From Candidatus Bathyarchaeia archaeon (GTDB lineage Archaea; Thermoproteota; Bathyarchaeia; 40CM-2-53-6), in the NCBI GenBank assembly GCA_050013255.1, contig JBEKFP010000002.1, positions 480,001 through 544,000 on the forward strand: a stretch of DNA of 64,000 bases, read 5' to 3'. The notes beneath the pieces were generated by a model. That model searched no databases, was not told the origin of the DNA, and saw only the letters and a list, made by a program, of their open reading frames with translations. Within the stretch, counting starts at the first letter, position 1, and each line of letters begins with the position of its first letter. Both the position numbers and the translations under genes were made by a program. This document shows, one piece after another, positions 8,435 through 18,473 of this stretch.

Positions 8435-9982
8435 TTGAGCGGCAACGTTCTCACGATGGACGCTGCCCGTCCAAAAGCTGAAGCAATCGCGGTCACGGCA
8501 GATAGAATCGTAGCCGTGGGAAGCAACCTACAGATAAAATCGCTCGCAGGACCGGATACCAAGGTTCTCAGCTTAAACGGCGCAACGGTCCTACCCGGAT
8601 TTACAGACTCCCACATTCACCTAATCGAATACGGCCTTTCCCTAAGAAACATAGACCTTCGAAATGCGCAAAGCATCGAAGAAGTGAAGAAGATAGTTTC
8701 AGAACGAACCCATGGGCCAACTACATGGGTTCTAGGGCGCGGTTGGGATCAAGAGAAGTTTGCTGAAAAACGGTATCCTACTCGAAGAGACCTTGATGAG
8801 GCCTCGCCCGAAAAGCCAGTCCTTCTCAAGCGGATTTGCGGCCACATCTGCGTCGCAAACTCCGCGGCTCTCACATTAGGGGCCATCAGCGCCAAGACAC
8901 TCAACCCTCCCGGCGGAATTATTGACCATGATGCGGCAGGTGAGCCTACGGGTATACTTCGCGAGAACGCGGTTGACCTCGTAAGTCAGGCGGTTCCCCC
9001 ACTTGAACTGGAAGACTATGCGCAGGCTGCCCTCACCGCGTGCGAGCATGCGTTGAAGGCGGGATTGACAACGGTGCATTGCATTACTGGTTCAGAGTTG
9101 GAACTGAAAGCGCTACTCAACCTGAAAGCGGAGGGGCGGCTTCCACTTCGCTTTTACGTGCTCATTCCTCTCGAGCAGCTGAAGGCAGCAGTCGCACTAG
9201 GCATTCGTTCAGGGTTTGGGGATGAATGGGTCCGCATCGGGGCTGTGAAGATTTTCACGGACGGTTCGCTCGGGGCGCGAACAGCAGCGCTTGAAGACCC
9301 GTACGCCGACGACCCTGAAAATCAAGGCGTCACCATATACAGCCAGCAACAACTTGACGACATAGTATCAGAAGCCCATCGATCCGGCTTCCAAATTGCA
9401 GCACACGCGATCGGCGACAAGGCGACCGCGATGGCCCTTCATGCAATTACAAAAGCAGATGAATCGGCTCCGAGAAAGAACCTTCGGCATCGAATCGAGC
9501 ACGCATCAATCCTCAACACCGAACTCATCAGGCAGATGAAGGAGGCCGGGGTTGTAGCTTCAGTTCAACCTCACTTCATCGTCTCCGACGTCTGGCTTGA
9601 GCAGAGGCTGGGGGCACGACGAGCTTCCCTCGCTTACCCATTTCACAGTCTACTTCAAGCTGGGCTCATATTAGTCGGGGGCTCCGACTGTCCAGTCGAA
9701 CCATTAACGCCACTATCTGGTATCGAGGCAGCAGTCAACAGGGCGGGAAGTGAAGCGGTAACCGTCGAAGAAGCAATCTCATTCTACACTCGCAACGCCG
9801 CCTACGCGTCATTCGAAGAAAACATGAAAGGAACAATCGCACCCGGAAAACTCGCAGACCTCGTCATTCTCGATAAGGACCCACGAAAAGTGCCCGCATC
9901 GAGAATCTCTAGAATCCAAGTTCTCTTGACGATGGTTGGAGGCAAGAGCTTCTATCAAGCCAAGACTTTCGGTCGGACCTGA
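8435..9982 (+). CDS. Amidohydrolase-3 (YtcJ-like) metallo-hydrolase
   Basis: PGFTDSHIH, DGSLGARTA, HAIGD, RIEH, GSDCP; real start near 8414-8456 rather than 8237. Confidence 0.92.
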   Translation: MSGNVLTMDAARPKAEAIAVTADRIVAVGSNLQIKSLAGPDTKVLSLNGATVLPGFTDSHIHLIEYGLSLRNIDLRNAQSIEEVKKIVSERTHGPTTWVLGRGWDQEKFAEKRYPTRRDLDEASPEKPVLLKRICGHICVANSAALTLGAISAKTLNPPGGIIDHDAAGEPTGILRENAVDLVSQAVPPLELEDYAQAALTACEHALKAGLTTVHCITGSELELKALLNLKAEGRLPLRFYVLIPLEQLKAAVALGIRSGFGDEWVRIGAVKIFTDGSLGARTAALEDPYADDPENQGVTIYSQQQLDDIVSEAHRSGFQIAAHAIGDKATAMALHAITKADESAPRKNLRHRIEHASILNTELIRQMKEAGVVASVQPHFIVSDVWLEQRLGARRASLAYPFHSLLQAGLILVGGSDCPVEPLTPLSGIEAAVNRAGSEAVTVEEAISFYTRNAAYASFEENMKGTIAPGKLADLVILDKDPRKVPASRISRIQVLLTMVGGKSFYQAKTFGRT

Positions 9983-10144
9983 ACCTGCAAGGTACCTGCC
10001 TGTTCCGACAAGCCAGCTTAGGACTAGCAAATTCCATTCTAAATTTCTACTTTGTCGAAAGCCCATGCCGAGAGTGGAATAGTTCCACATGAAATTAAGA
10101 GACCCCGTATGACCCAAGTTGGTCAGGAGGGAACGATACTCTTG

Positions 10145-10825
10145 ATGGCACGTCATAGCGGAATCTTCCTGTTGGCCTTCCTGTTGGCCTTCCTGTTGGC
10201 CGCAAGCGTTGCTTTTGCGGGGCAAACCGCTTTGGTGTTTGCCCAATCGTGCAATGCTTCCCTAGGTTCGTCCAGCCTCACGTCGACTCAGTCCTATTAC
10301 AATTCGCATATTGGTATTAATACACCCGTGTCAGCGTACTGCTCTTCCTACGGCGGCCAATTATACGCGGTAGGGGACGTATTCGACACGTCAGCGAATG
10401 CTGACTTGGGTTCGGTGAGCACAATGTTGACCCCTACCTACGGAGGCAATACCTACACGGGACAACTTTTGTTCAGCTTGCCGCCCTCGATCATCGGCCA
10501 TCAACTACGAATCATGGTGTCAGTCTACGGCGGACAATATGGCTACAGCACCGGAAATGGGCAACTACTAGCGACGGCAGGTCAAATGGTGAAAGTGAAC
10601 GTTAGCTACCAAAATGGCTACCCGAACGGTAACGGGAATTGTTACATGAATTACAACTGTTACGGTAACTATCAGAACGGTAACTGCTACCAGAACTACA
10701 ACTGTTATCAATACTACTGCAACCAAGCATCATACTGCTACCCGAATAACTACCCCACTTGCTACTACCAAAATGGCAACTACTACCAAACCAACTGCAA
10801 CGACCATCATCGCCACCATAAATAA
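10145..10825 (+). CDS. Secreted protein with beta-rich core and Asn/Tyr/Gln/Cys-rich, His-ended C-terminus
   Basis: Signal peptide MARHSGIFLLAFLLAFLLAASVAFA; C-terminal NCY repeats; ends DHHRHHK. Confidence 0.75.
   Translation: MARHSGIFLLAFLLAFLLAASVAFAGQTALVFAQSCNASLGSSSLTSTQSYYNSHIGINTPVSAYCSSYGGQLYAVGDVFDTSANADLGSVSTMLTPTYGGNTYTGQLLFSLPPSIIGHQLRIMVSVYGGQYGYSTGNGQLLATAGQMVKVNVSYQNGYPNGNGNCYMNYNCYGNYQNGNCYQNYNCYQYYCNQASYCYPNNYPTCYYQNGNYYQTNCNDHHRHHK
10166..10201 (+). repeat. Perfect 12-bp tandem repeat TTCCTGTTGGCC x3 (FLLA x3) in the signal peptide
   Basis: Read directly from the sequence. Confidence 0.95.
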
Positions 10826-10967
10826 AGAACTGCGAACCGTTTCGTAGAATGTCGCGAAATAGCGACTAAACGACAACGTGAGACAACACTACATAGGCAC
10901 TTTTCATGATGACGCGATATACTCTCTATTGAGCGATGAATGGAAAGACGCGCCATGATTGTCCATG

Positions 10968-11333
10968 TTATCGTCGATTCTGACGGTCCCGGTTGAAATT
11001 GGGAATGTGGCGTGGGATTTCGAGGGAGAGTTCCACGAGACCTCGGTACCTTCCTGCTTTGTACCATGGGGCTTGGTAGATTAGCTTTCGTCTGCCTCGC
11101 TTCTCGACGGTGTACACGTTAGTCAGTCTTTTTTGCAGAAGTTTTCGGAATTTCGTTCTAGCCGGCTCTGGGTGGCAGTCGAACACTTTCTTGCCAATCA
11201 ATCTCTCGCCACCTTCCTCCTTGAAGTTTGCCGCAGATTTGACGTTCATTTCTAAGAGAACTCCCCTTGTATCGCAAACCGTGATGGCTGCAGGGAATTC
11301 CTTGACCCACAGATGCTTTGCTGTTCTAACCAA
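10968..11333 (-). CDS. Stand-alone PAS-domain protein
   Basis: AITVCDTRGVLLEMN, LIGKKVFDCHP, GLVELS. Confidence 0.85.
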   Translation of the reverse strand: MVRTAKHLWVKEFPAAITVCDTRGVLLEMNVKSAANFKEEGGERLIGKKVFDCHPEPARTKFRKLLQKRLTNVYTVEKRGRRKLIYQAPWYKAGRYRGLVELSLEIPRHIPNFNRDRQNRR

Positions 11334-11561
11334 CCTTTACATCACCGATGGTTCTCGCACGAACTTTGTTGGGAGGCCTAGAAAGCTTCCTCCCAATATT
11401 CGAAAACGAGAAATCATTCATGTTGGGCCTGCAGACTTGTTCTTGACTCTGACATAGGCGGCGTGTTTTTACCCAATTGGCAAACTTACGACCCACACAA
11501 CTTTGCTAAGAAATATAATGAGGCAGTGGCGGCAGACGGCCCCAGTGACGGCGTTTAGGCT

Positions 11562-11849
11562 ATGGCGTCGAATATGGTGGCGAGGAAGGACTCGTATTTT
11601 GTCTATGTTCTTCTCTGTAATGATGGCAGCTATTACACGGGGTATTCAAATAATCCTACAAGCAGGCTCGTCACGCATATGAAAGGGCAGGGTGCCCGGT
11701 ACACGAGAATGCACAAACCAAGAGGCATCGTCTACCTCCAAGAACTTCACACACGTAGTGCAGCAATGAAACGAGAACGACAGATCAAAGCGTTAACTCA
11801 CGCCGAGAAATCTCACCTCGTAGAAGAAAGACATTCGAACCGAACCTAG
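11562..11849 (+). CDS. GIY-YIG nuclease superfamily protein (UPF0213-like)
   Basis: YFVYVLLCNDGSYYTG, GARYT, AMKRERQIK. Confidence 0.92.
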   Translation: MASNMVARKDSYFVYVLLCNDGSYYTGYSNNPTSRLVTHMKGQGARYTRMHKPRGIVYLQELHTRSAAMKRERQIKALTHAEKSHLVEERHSNRT

Positions 11850-11933
11850 AGGTCACAGGCCGGCGAGCTTTCAGCAGCGTTTCTACATAGGAAATGTTCA
11901 TCAGCAATCCATGGTTCTCAGTCGTGAGGAAAA

Positions 11934-12914
11934 ATGAGTTCTGAACGGATTCCAACTCTGAGGGATGTTTATGCCGCGAGGAAAGTGATCAGTACCTATT
12001 TGAAACCAACGCCGCTGTTCTATTCGCGGCATCTTTCGAAACTTCTAGGCTGTCAATTGTACTTGAAACTCGAAAATCTCCAGCCAACGCGAGCATTCAA
12101 AGTCCGTGGCGGAATAAATTACATGGAGAGGATGAAGCAACAAGCCGCGGGCAAGGTGGTCATCACAGCTTCAACGGGTAATCATGCTCAATCCATAGCT
12201 TACGCAGGCTCCCTCTTCGGCATCGAAGTCAAGATCGTCATGCCCGCTGGAGTTCCCGAGATGAAAGCCCAGGCTATCAAAGAACTAGGCGCCGAAGTAA
12301 TCACGTACGGCAATTATTACGATGAGGCCAGAGAGTACGCGGAGAAGCTGGCAACTCAGAAGGGGTACGTCTATGTTCACGGGAGCAACGAACCGTTGCT
12401 TCATGAAGGCGTCGCCACAATGCACCTCGAAATCTTCGAGGAACAGCCTGGGGTTGACGTAGTCATCAATCCCATCGGCGGCGGGTCCGGAGCGTGTGGC
12501 GCATGCATAGTCTACAAGACACTCGACCCGCGAATCACAGTAATCGGCGTACAAGCGGAAGGAGCACCGGCATTCTACAACTCATGGAAAGGCGGCGTTA
12601 TCCAGCAGATGGACCGAGTGAATACGGCTGCTGAAGGAATGGCAACAGCAAAGGCATACGAGCTCCCGTTCAAGATCCTTAGGAAAGCGCTCGATGACGT
12701 CATCCTAGTATCTGACGACGAAATGAAAAGAGCCGTGCGAAGCATTTTCTCCGCTACAGGCCAAGTCGCTGAACTCTCCGGCGCAGCCTCAACCGCCGCA
12801 GCTTTCAAAATAAGAAACCGACTGGCAGGAAAGAAGGTAGCTTTGCTTCTTAGCGGGGGAAACATAGAACCCAACCAACTTGCAAAAATACTCACCAACG
12901 GCACAGTCCGCTAG
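11934..12914 (+). CDS. PLP-dependent threonine/serine dehydratase (short form)
   Basis: KLENLQPTRAFKVRG, ASTGNH, PIGGGSG, SGGN. Confidence 0.92.
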   Translation: MSSERIPTLRDVYAARKVISTYLKPTPLFYSRHLSKLLGCQLYLKLENLQPTRAFKVRGGINYMERMKQQAAGKVVITASTGNHAQSIAYAGSLFGIEVKIVMPAGVPEMKAQAIKELGAEVITYGNYYDEAREYAEKLATQKGYVYVHGSNEPLLHEGVATMHLEIFEEQPGVDVVINPIGGGSGACGACIVYKTLDPRITVIGVQAEGAPAFYNSWKGGVIQQMDRVNTAAEGMATAKAYELPFKILRKALDDVILVSDDEMKRAVRSIFSATGQVAELSGAASTAAAFKIRNRLAGKKVALLLSGGNIEPNQLAKILTNGTVR

Positions 12915-13066
12915 GTCAGTGTTCAATCAGAAGAGCAACCTAAACGGTAAAGCTTCAGGCAAAACCCAAGGCCCGTTAGGACTTGACAAAGCTTTATTCA
13001 ACTCGCGGTCGTTTACCGACACCCAAAGCTCAAGCTTCACCTTGACTGGCATGGGAGATAGTTCGT

Positions 13067-14284
13067 TTGGAAGCACATGTGGTCGAAACGCCCGCTGGCC
13101 TTTTCATATTAGATGAAAAGGCAACCGTACTCGAGAAAGTCTACTTCTCACCTAAACCGGAAACTGCAGCCGTCGAACTCAAGGAGTTACAGGAGGGTAA
13201 GCCCTCAAAGGAAGTTGTTGAGGCCCTCAAGCGGGCCGCCAAGAAGCACAGCCCCTTGGTATTCGAGAATGAACAGCTCGCCAGAGCCGCCGCGAAAGGA
13301 GAAAAACTGAAGACAGTCGTCAGGAGCTCCCCGGTTGCTGAGCAATTTCGAACTCAACTAGGCTCAGAGTGGGAAGGGCGTGAGGATTGGTTGAAGAAAC
13401 AATCCCTCGAATCGCCTATCCTCATAACCCCCAAAGCCTACAACGATTTCACTCGACAGGTGACTTTGCAGCTTGCACGGGCTGGAATTGCGGTTGCGGC
13501 AGCTAGGCGTGACCTGAGCGCGGTACAAGCCGTCCGCGCAATGGACGACGTGGATAAGGTCTTGAACCTGCTCGCAGGGCGCGTACGCGAATGGTTTGGG
13601 CTCCACTTCCCAGAAATGGACAGGATGGTAGAGAAACATGACGCTTACGCACGGCTAGTTGCAAAACTTGGAAATCGCAGGAATTTCACCTACGAAAGGC
13701 TAGTGGCCGAGGGCCTACCGAAGGAGAGAGCAGAGGAGCTCACCGACGCCGCAAGGAGATCCATGGGCGCCGAAATCAGCGAGCCTGACCTAGTAGTGCT
13801 TCAGTCCTTCTGCGAACTCATGCTAGACCTCTACAAATTCAGAGCCAAAAGCGAAGCGTACGTTGAGGAGGTTCTCAAACAAGTAGCCCCCAACATGACC
13901 GCCATTGTAGGAGCCCCCCTTACCGCCAGGCTGATCTCGATCGCAGGAAGCCTCGACAACCTCTCGAAAATGCCGTCGAGCACCCTACAAGTTCTCGGTG
14001 CAGAAAAAGCCCTCTTCCGCTCATTGAAGACCGGCGCCAGGCCGCCCAAACACGGCGTGATCTTCCAGCACACCGCCATCCATCAAGGCCCCCGATGGCA
14101 ACGAGGAAAAATCGCTAGAGCTCTATCCGGGAAACTTAGCATTGCCGCCAGGATTGACGCCTTCGGCGGCGACTTCCTCGGGCAAAAGTTGAGGGAAGAC
14201 GTCGACAGAAAAATCGGCGAGATAAAGGAACGCTACAAGATGCCGCCTCCACTGAAGAAGAGAGACGTTGGCCGGAAACGTTAG
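13067..14284 (+). CDS. nop5: Box C/D RNP protein Nop5 (Nop56/58)
   Basis: REWFGLHFPE, QVLGAEKALF, PPKHGVIFQ, GKIAR. Confidence 0.96.
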   Translation: MEAHVVETPAGLFILDEKATVLEKVYFSPKPETAAVELKELQEGKPSKEVVEALKRAAKKHSPLVFENEQLARAAAKGEKLKTVVRSSPVAEQFRTQLGSEWEGREDWLKKQSLESPILITPKAYNDFTRQVTLQLARAGIAVAAARRDLSAVQAVRAMDDVDKVLNLLAGRVREWFGLHFPEMDRMVEKHDAYARLVAKLGNRRNFTYERLVAEGLPKERAEELTDAARRSMGAEISEPDLVVLQSFCELMLDLYKFRAKSEAYVEEVLKQVAPNMTAIVGAPLTARLISIAGSLDNLSKMPSSTLQVLGAEKALFRSLKTGARPPKHGVIFQHTAIHQGPRWQRGKIARALSGKLSIAARIDAFGGDFLGQKLREDVDRKIGEIKERYKMPPPLKKRDVGRKR

Positions 14285-14963
14285 GCCGCACGACCCTTTC
14301 GAGGGCGTCTACTGGGTAACCCTCGAAGAAGGCAGCAAGCGCCTCGCAACGAAAAACCTAGCACCGGGCATCAGCGTCTATGGTGAACAATTAATCGAAA
14401 GCAGCGGCACTGAATTCAGAACATGGGATGCTTACAGGAGCAAGCTGGCCGCCGCGATTCTTCGCAACATCAGCTCACTTCCCATCAAGCCAGGCAAGGC
14501 GGTGCTCTACTTAGGGTCCGCATCGGGCACCACAGCAAGCCACGTCAGCGACATTGTCGAGGAACGGGGGAGGGTGTACTGCGTAGAATTCGCGCAAAGA
14601 AGTATGCGGGAGCTAATCGACACGCTGTGTCAGCATCGCTCCAACGTCTACCCCATCATGGCAGACGCACGTATACCGGAAAAATACAAGGCCTTGGTGG
14701 ACCGAGTGGACGTAATCTATTCAGACGTCGCTCAACCAGAACAAGCGAAAATATTGGCGGACAACGCTGACCTCTTCCTCAAACCAAAGGGTTCAGTTTT
14801 GATTGCGATAAAGTCGAGAAGCGTCGACGTCACCATGGAGCCTACCGATGTTTTCAAACAGGAGACTGGGATACTTCGGGCAAGGCATTTCGACATTCTT
14901 CAGACCGTACGTTTGGAACCCTACGAGAAAGACCATGCTTTGGTCTTGGCCAGTCGGGCATGA
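14268..14963 (+). CDS. flpA: Fibrillarin rRNA/tRNA 2'-O-methyltransferase
   Basis: RSKLAAAI, LYLGSASGTTASHVSD, DVAQPEQ. Confidence 0.97.
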   Translation: MAGNVRPHDPFEGVYWVTLEEGSKRLATKNLAPGISVYGEQLIESSGTEFRTWDAYRSKLAAAILRNISSLPIKPGKAVLYLGSASGTTASHVSDIVEERGRVYCVEFAQRSMRELIDTLCQHRSNVYPIMADARIPEKYKALVDRVDVIYSDVAQPEQAKILADNADLFLKPKGSVLIAIKSRSVDVTMEPTDVFKQETGILRARHFDILQTVRLEPYEKDHALVLASRA

Positions 14964-15454
14964 GCTTATTGTTTGATTCAAGGAGACCATTGGATCGGGC
15001 CTTGGACGCTGTTCTCGGCCATGAACTTCGAAAACTAAACACGCACCTCCCAAAGCAAAGGCGCAGCCTAACCGAACTCCTAAAACTCAAAGACCCGACC
15101 GTCGAGGCTACCGACGGTTCGGCTATCATGCTCAAGAGGTCCGAGTTGGAGGAGCTAGCGAGGATTGTTCCAACTGAATATCAGGACCGCCTGAAGCTTC
15201 CAATCATAATCATGAGGAGAATGGATTTGGGCAGGTCGATTTACACGGTTTCAGGTGAACGCGTTGAAGAATTCACGGTTAAGAAGATTTTAGGCCTCAC
15301 TAAAGATGAGTACTACCAAACATACAAGGACCGAGAGCCCGCTTATCTATACAGGCCACAAGTCACCGAACTGCTTCGAAAATTCCACACCATCTTCGTA
15401 ATCGCTTTCGGAATACCAAAGGAACTATCCGACTATGGCCCAAGCCTCCCCTGA
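14960..15454 (+). CDS. DUF61/UPF0216 family protein
   Basis: LNTHLPKQRRSLTELL, LKLPIII; translationally coupled to fibrillarin. Confidence 0.75.
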   Translation: MSLLFDSRRPLDRALDAVLGHELRKLNTHLPKQRRSLTELLKLKDPTVEATDGSAIMLKRSELEELARIVPTEYQDRLKLPIIIMRRMDLGRSIYTVSGERVEEFTVKKILGLTKDEYYQTYKDREPAYLYRPQVTELLRKFHTIFVIAFGIPKELSDYGPSLP

Positions 15455-16107
15455 CCGACCTCAAGCTCGATTTCCTTAATCGTCTTCCAAGAGAGCCTAA
15501 CAATTGGAGGAAACGTGTCGTGAGTCCGCCTCCATTCTCTAAGGAAGTCCATGGTTCTTGGATCGGTCATGTACCCGGATCCGAAATTCCCGTATTCTCT
15601 TCGCAAGAATTCGACGGCCTCGTCACGCCTTACCTTGGCAATTATGCTGGCTGCTGAGACTATGGGATACGTTCGGTCTGCATGGTGCTCAGAGACTATT
15701 TTGATCCCGCGCAACTCTGCGGGCAGAAATTCTCGAATAGTTTCCCCATACCGTTCCTCGTTAACGTCTGAAGCGTCAACGTAGGCCTCCTTTGGGGCGA
15801 GTTCGCTGATCACTTGAGCCATCAACTGCGCTTCCAAGTAGTTCAGTTTCCTCAACTTCCCACCATGCAGCACGACCTCGTCTATCTCCTTCGGCTGGAC
15901 CTCCACCACGCTAACTTTCGCGGCAAGCATTCTCAGCTTTGGGGCCAGCATTGTACGCATGTCAGGGGAAAGCAACTTTGAATCCTTGACGCCCATCGCT
16001 ATCAGTTCGCGGTCATGGTTTTCCCCAAGCAGTACGCCCGCGATCACTAGCGGTCCGATGATTGGGCCGCGCCCAGCATCATCCACACCTGCGATGAGCT
16101 TTGTCAT
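15433..16107 (-). CDS. rnhB: Ribonuclease HII
   Basis: GVDDAGRGPIIGP, DSKLL, SAASIIAK, GSGY. Confidence 0.96.
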   Translation of the reverse strand: MTKLIAGVDDAGRGPIIGPLVIAGVLLGENHDRELIAMGVKDSKLLSPDMRTMLAPKLRMLAAKVSVVEVQPKEIDEVVLHGGKLRKLNYLEAQLMAQVISELAPKEAYVDASDVNEERYGETIREFLPAELRGIKIVSEHHADRTYPIVSAASIIAKVRRDEAVEFLRREYGNFGSGYMTDPRTMDFLREWRRTHDTFPPIVRLSWKTIKEIELEVGQGRLGP

Positions 16108-16171
16108 ACATTCAACCTACACTTCAGTGGGGCTTTACAAGTTAAAAGCTACAACCCTCTCTGCTAGCACT

Positions 16172-16711
16172 ATGCCTCCCTCCCGCATCTTCCTAACCGG
16201 CGAACCTGGGTGCGGAAAAACCACTGCCATCAACGAGATCCATCAAATGCTCGCAGCTCAGGGATGGAAAGTGGGAGGAGTTGTCTCTGGCGAACTTCGC
16301 GAGAGGGGTGTCCGGGTGGGGTTCAGCCTCGAAGACCTTTCAACCCACGAAACCGGCACTCTTGCCCACATCGCCCAGAGGGACGGCCCAACCGTAGGCA
16401 AGTACCACGTGAACTTGGCGGACATTCAACGCATAGCCGTAACAGGAATCAAGCATGCCATCCTGGAGGCTGACGTGATAATGGTTGACGAGCTCGGCCC
16501 GATGGAATTGAATTCCATGCCTTTCATACTTGCCGTTGAAATGGCGTTGGCGACCCCCAAACACCTCGTTGGGACCATCCACAAACGCGCCTCACATTAC
16601 CTAGTTGCAGCGATCAAATCAAATCCCGCATACCAAATCCTCGAAGTAACACCGAACAATCGCAACGAATTGCCGAAAACCGTCACGGAAAGAATCGAGA
16701 GTCAGATGTAG
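16172..16711 (+). CDS. Nucleoside triphosphatase, THEP1/NTPase_1 family
   Basis: LTGEPGCGKTT, VGKYHVN, VDELGPME. Confidence 0.92.
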   Translation: MPPSRIFLTGEPGCGKTTAINEIHQMLAAQGWKVGGVVSGELRERGVRVGFSLEDLSTHETGTLAHIAQRDGPTVGKYHVNLADIQRIAVTGIKHAILEADVIMVDELGPMELNSMPFILAVEMALATPKHLVGTIHKRASHYLVAAIKSNPAYQILEVTPNNRNELPKTVTERIESQM

Positions 16712-16712
16712 A

Positions 16713-17882
16713 TTGAAATCGACCTTACAAGCTCAGCAACCAACTCGTCAGGCGAGTGGGTTATCGGAAGGGAGCGCTAAGCTACGCCCCGTCTCACGAG
16801 GAGTATTCTACAACCCGAAAATGAGCCTAGGTCGGGACTTGGCGGTTCTATTTGCGGCATCCTTCTTTCTGGATGGTAGGCGCCTCCGCGTCTGTGACGC
16901 TATGACGGGGTCAGGCGTTCGCGCAGTACGGTATGTGCTTGAATCCCTTAACGTTGCGAGCGTCGTCGCGGCCGATAAGAATCCTGAAGCGGTCGAAGCG
17001 GCCCGGCGAACAATCCAGCTCAACGGTCTGGAGAAGAAAGTTGCCGTGGTTGAATCGGACGCGAACTTGCTGCTTCTCCAACACATGCAGGACAGGTTCG
17101 ACCTAGTTGACCTAGACCCGTTCGGATCCCCGGCACCATACCTGGAATCAGCCTTGCGGGCGACTGAGGATGGCGGTATCGTCGCGGCCACTGCGACCGA
17201 TATGGGCCCGCTCACGGGTGGGAGGCCTGCTGCATGCTTCAGGAAGTATGGTGCGAGTGCGATTCGAACAGAATTTGAGAAGGAGGTGGCTCTCAGAATC
17301 CTCGCAAGCTGCCTCACCGCCATCGCGAGTAGAATTGAAATCGGGATTGAGATTGCCTTTGCACATGCATCTGACCACTACGCACGAATCTACGCAACAG
17401 TGAGAAAGGGTAAGGCGTCCGCGAACGAGTCAGCCAAATTGCTAGGTTTCCTCGGATACTGCCCAAAATGCCTCATGCGAAAATCAGTCAACTCATTGGA
17501 GTCAATCGAATGGGTGTGCAAAGTTTGTGGGTCCAAGGCTCAAATCGGCGGCCCGATATGGCTTGGCCCACTGTGGGACGGAGATGTGGTTCAGAGAATG
17601 GTGCAACGTACCCCGACCGTATCGTCATCACGCCTTTCTGAGATCCAGATGATTCTGTCCCGCACAGCCGAAGAAGTAGACAATTCGTCTTTCTACTATA
17701 GAACTGACTCATTTGCCCGATCACTCAGAATAAGGCCACCCAGAATTGCGCGAGTTGTAGAGGCTTTGCGCAACAGCGGCCACCAAGCTAGCCGAACACA
17801 CTTCGACCCAAAGGGGTTCAGAACCAATATGAAATTCGAAGAGTTAGTGGTATTATTGCGTGGCTTGGCCGAGGAAGCCTAA
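16713..17882 (+). CDS. trm1: tRNA (guanine-26) N2,N2-dimethyltransferase
   Basis: VFYNPKM..RD, DLDPFGSP, GPIWLGPL, RTHF. Confidence 0.95.
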   Translation: MKSTLQAQQPTRQASGLSEGSAKLRPVSRGVFYNPKMSLGRDLAVLFAASFFLDGRRLRVCDAMTGSGVRAVRYVLESLNVASVVAADKNPEAVEAARRTIQLNGLEKKVAVVESDANLLLLQHMQDRFDLVDLDPFGSPAPYLESALRATEDGGIVAATATDMGPLTGGRPAACFRKYGASAIRTEFEKEVALRILASCLTAIASRIEIGIEIAFAHASDHYARIYATVRKGKASANESAKLLGFLGYCPKCLMRKSVNSLESIEWVCKVCGSKAQIGGPIWLGPLWDGDVVQRMVQRTPTVSSSRLSEIQMILSRTAEEVDNSSFYYRTDSFARSLRIRPPRIARVVEALRNSGHQASRTHFDPKGFRTNMKFEELVVLLRGLAEEA

Positions 17883-18473
17883 CCCCAAGAAGTAAAACTC
17901 AGCACTTTCAGGCCGGCTCGCAGGCGGTTTCACTGTCCTAAGAATATGGAATGACGACTTCATCTCAAGTTGAAACTCCTTAAACTCCGAACCTTGAAAG
18001 ACTTTAACGAGCATGTTGCCGGAAGGCCTCAATAAAACGCGCGCAACCCTCAGCGCGCACCGGGCCAATTCGATTTGTCGAGCGGTGTCGACATCCCATA
18101 CGCCCGATAGGTCCGGGGAAAGGTCGGAAACGATCACATCAAACATTCCCGGGGCAGTTGCTCCAATTTGATCCACGAGCCCTTCTTGAGTTATGTCCGC
18201 CCTAATTGCAACAACGTTCGCGAACTGAAGGGGAGGAAACTCCTCCAAGTCGACGCCTAGGACGAAGCCTCTCCCGCCAACGAGTTGGTGGGCTGCCTGC
18301 AACCAACCCCCAGGCGCGCAACCCAGGTCAAGTACGCGGTCGCCTCGCCCCACGAAAGAGTACTGTTTGGCCACTTGGAGTAGCTTGAAGGTCGCCCTAC
18401 TGCGGAAACCTCTCTTCTTAGCGAGGCGGTGGTACTGGTCTCTCTTCCGCTGCCGCAGCCAATCACTCGGCAC
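17853..18473 (-). CDS. rlmE: 23S rRNA Um2552 methyltransferase (RlmE/FtsJ)
   Basis: FRSRATFKL, DLGCAPGGW, KVFQG, KPPASR..SAEFY. Confidence 0.95.
   Translation of the reverse strand: MPSDWLRQRKRDQYHRLAKKRGFRSRATFKLLQVAKQYSFVGRGDRVLDLGCAPGGWLQAAHQLVGGRGFVLGVDLEEFPPLQFANVVAIRADITQEGLVDQIGATAPGMFDVIVSDLSPDLSGVWDVDTARQIELARCALRVARVLLRPSGNMLVKVFQGSEFKEFQLEMKSSFHILRTVKPPASRPESAEFYFLGLGFLGQATQ

Noticed and set aside
10904-10958. Possible C/D box sRNA (ATGATGA...TTGA..CGATGA...ATGA)
   Set aside because: No canonical CTGA D box and no recognisable rRNA guide
11562-11849. GIY-YIG gene as a homing endonuclease or mobile element
   Set aside because: Short UPF0213-type protein with no intron, intein or repeat context
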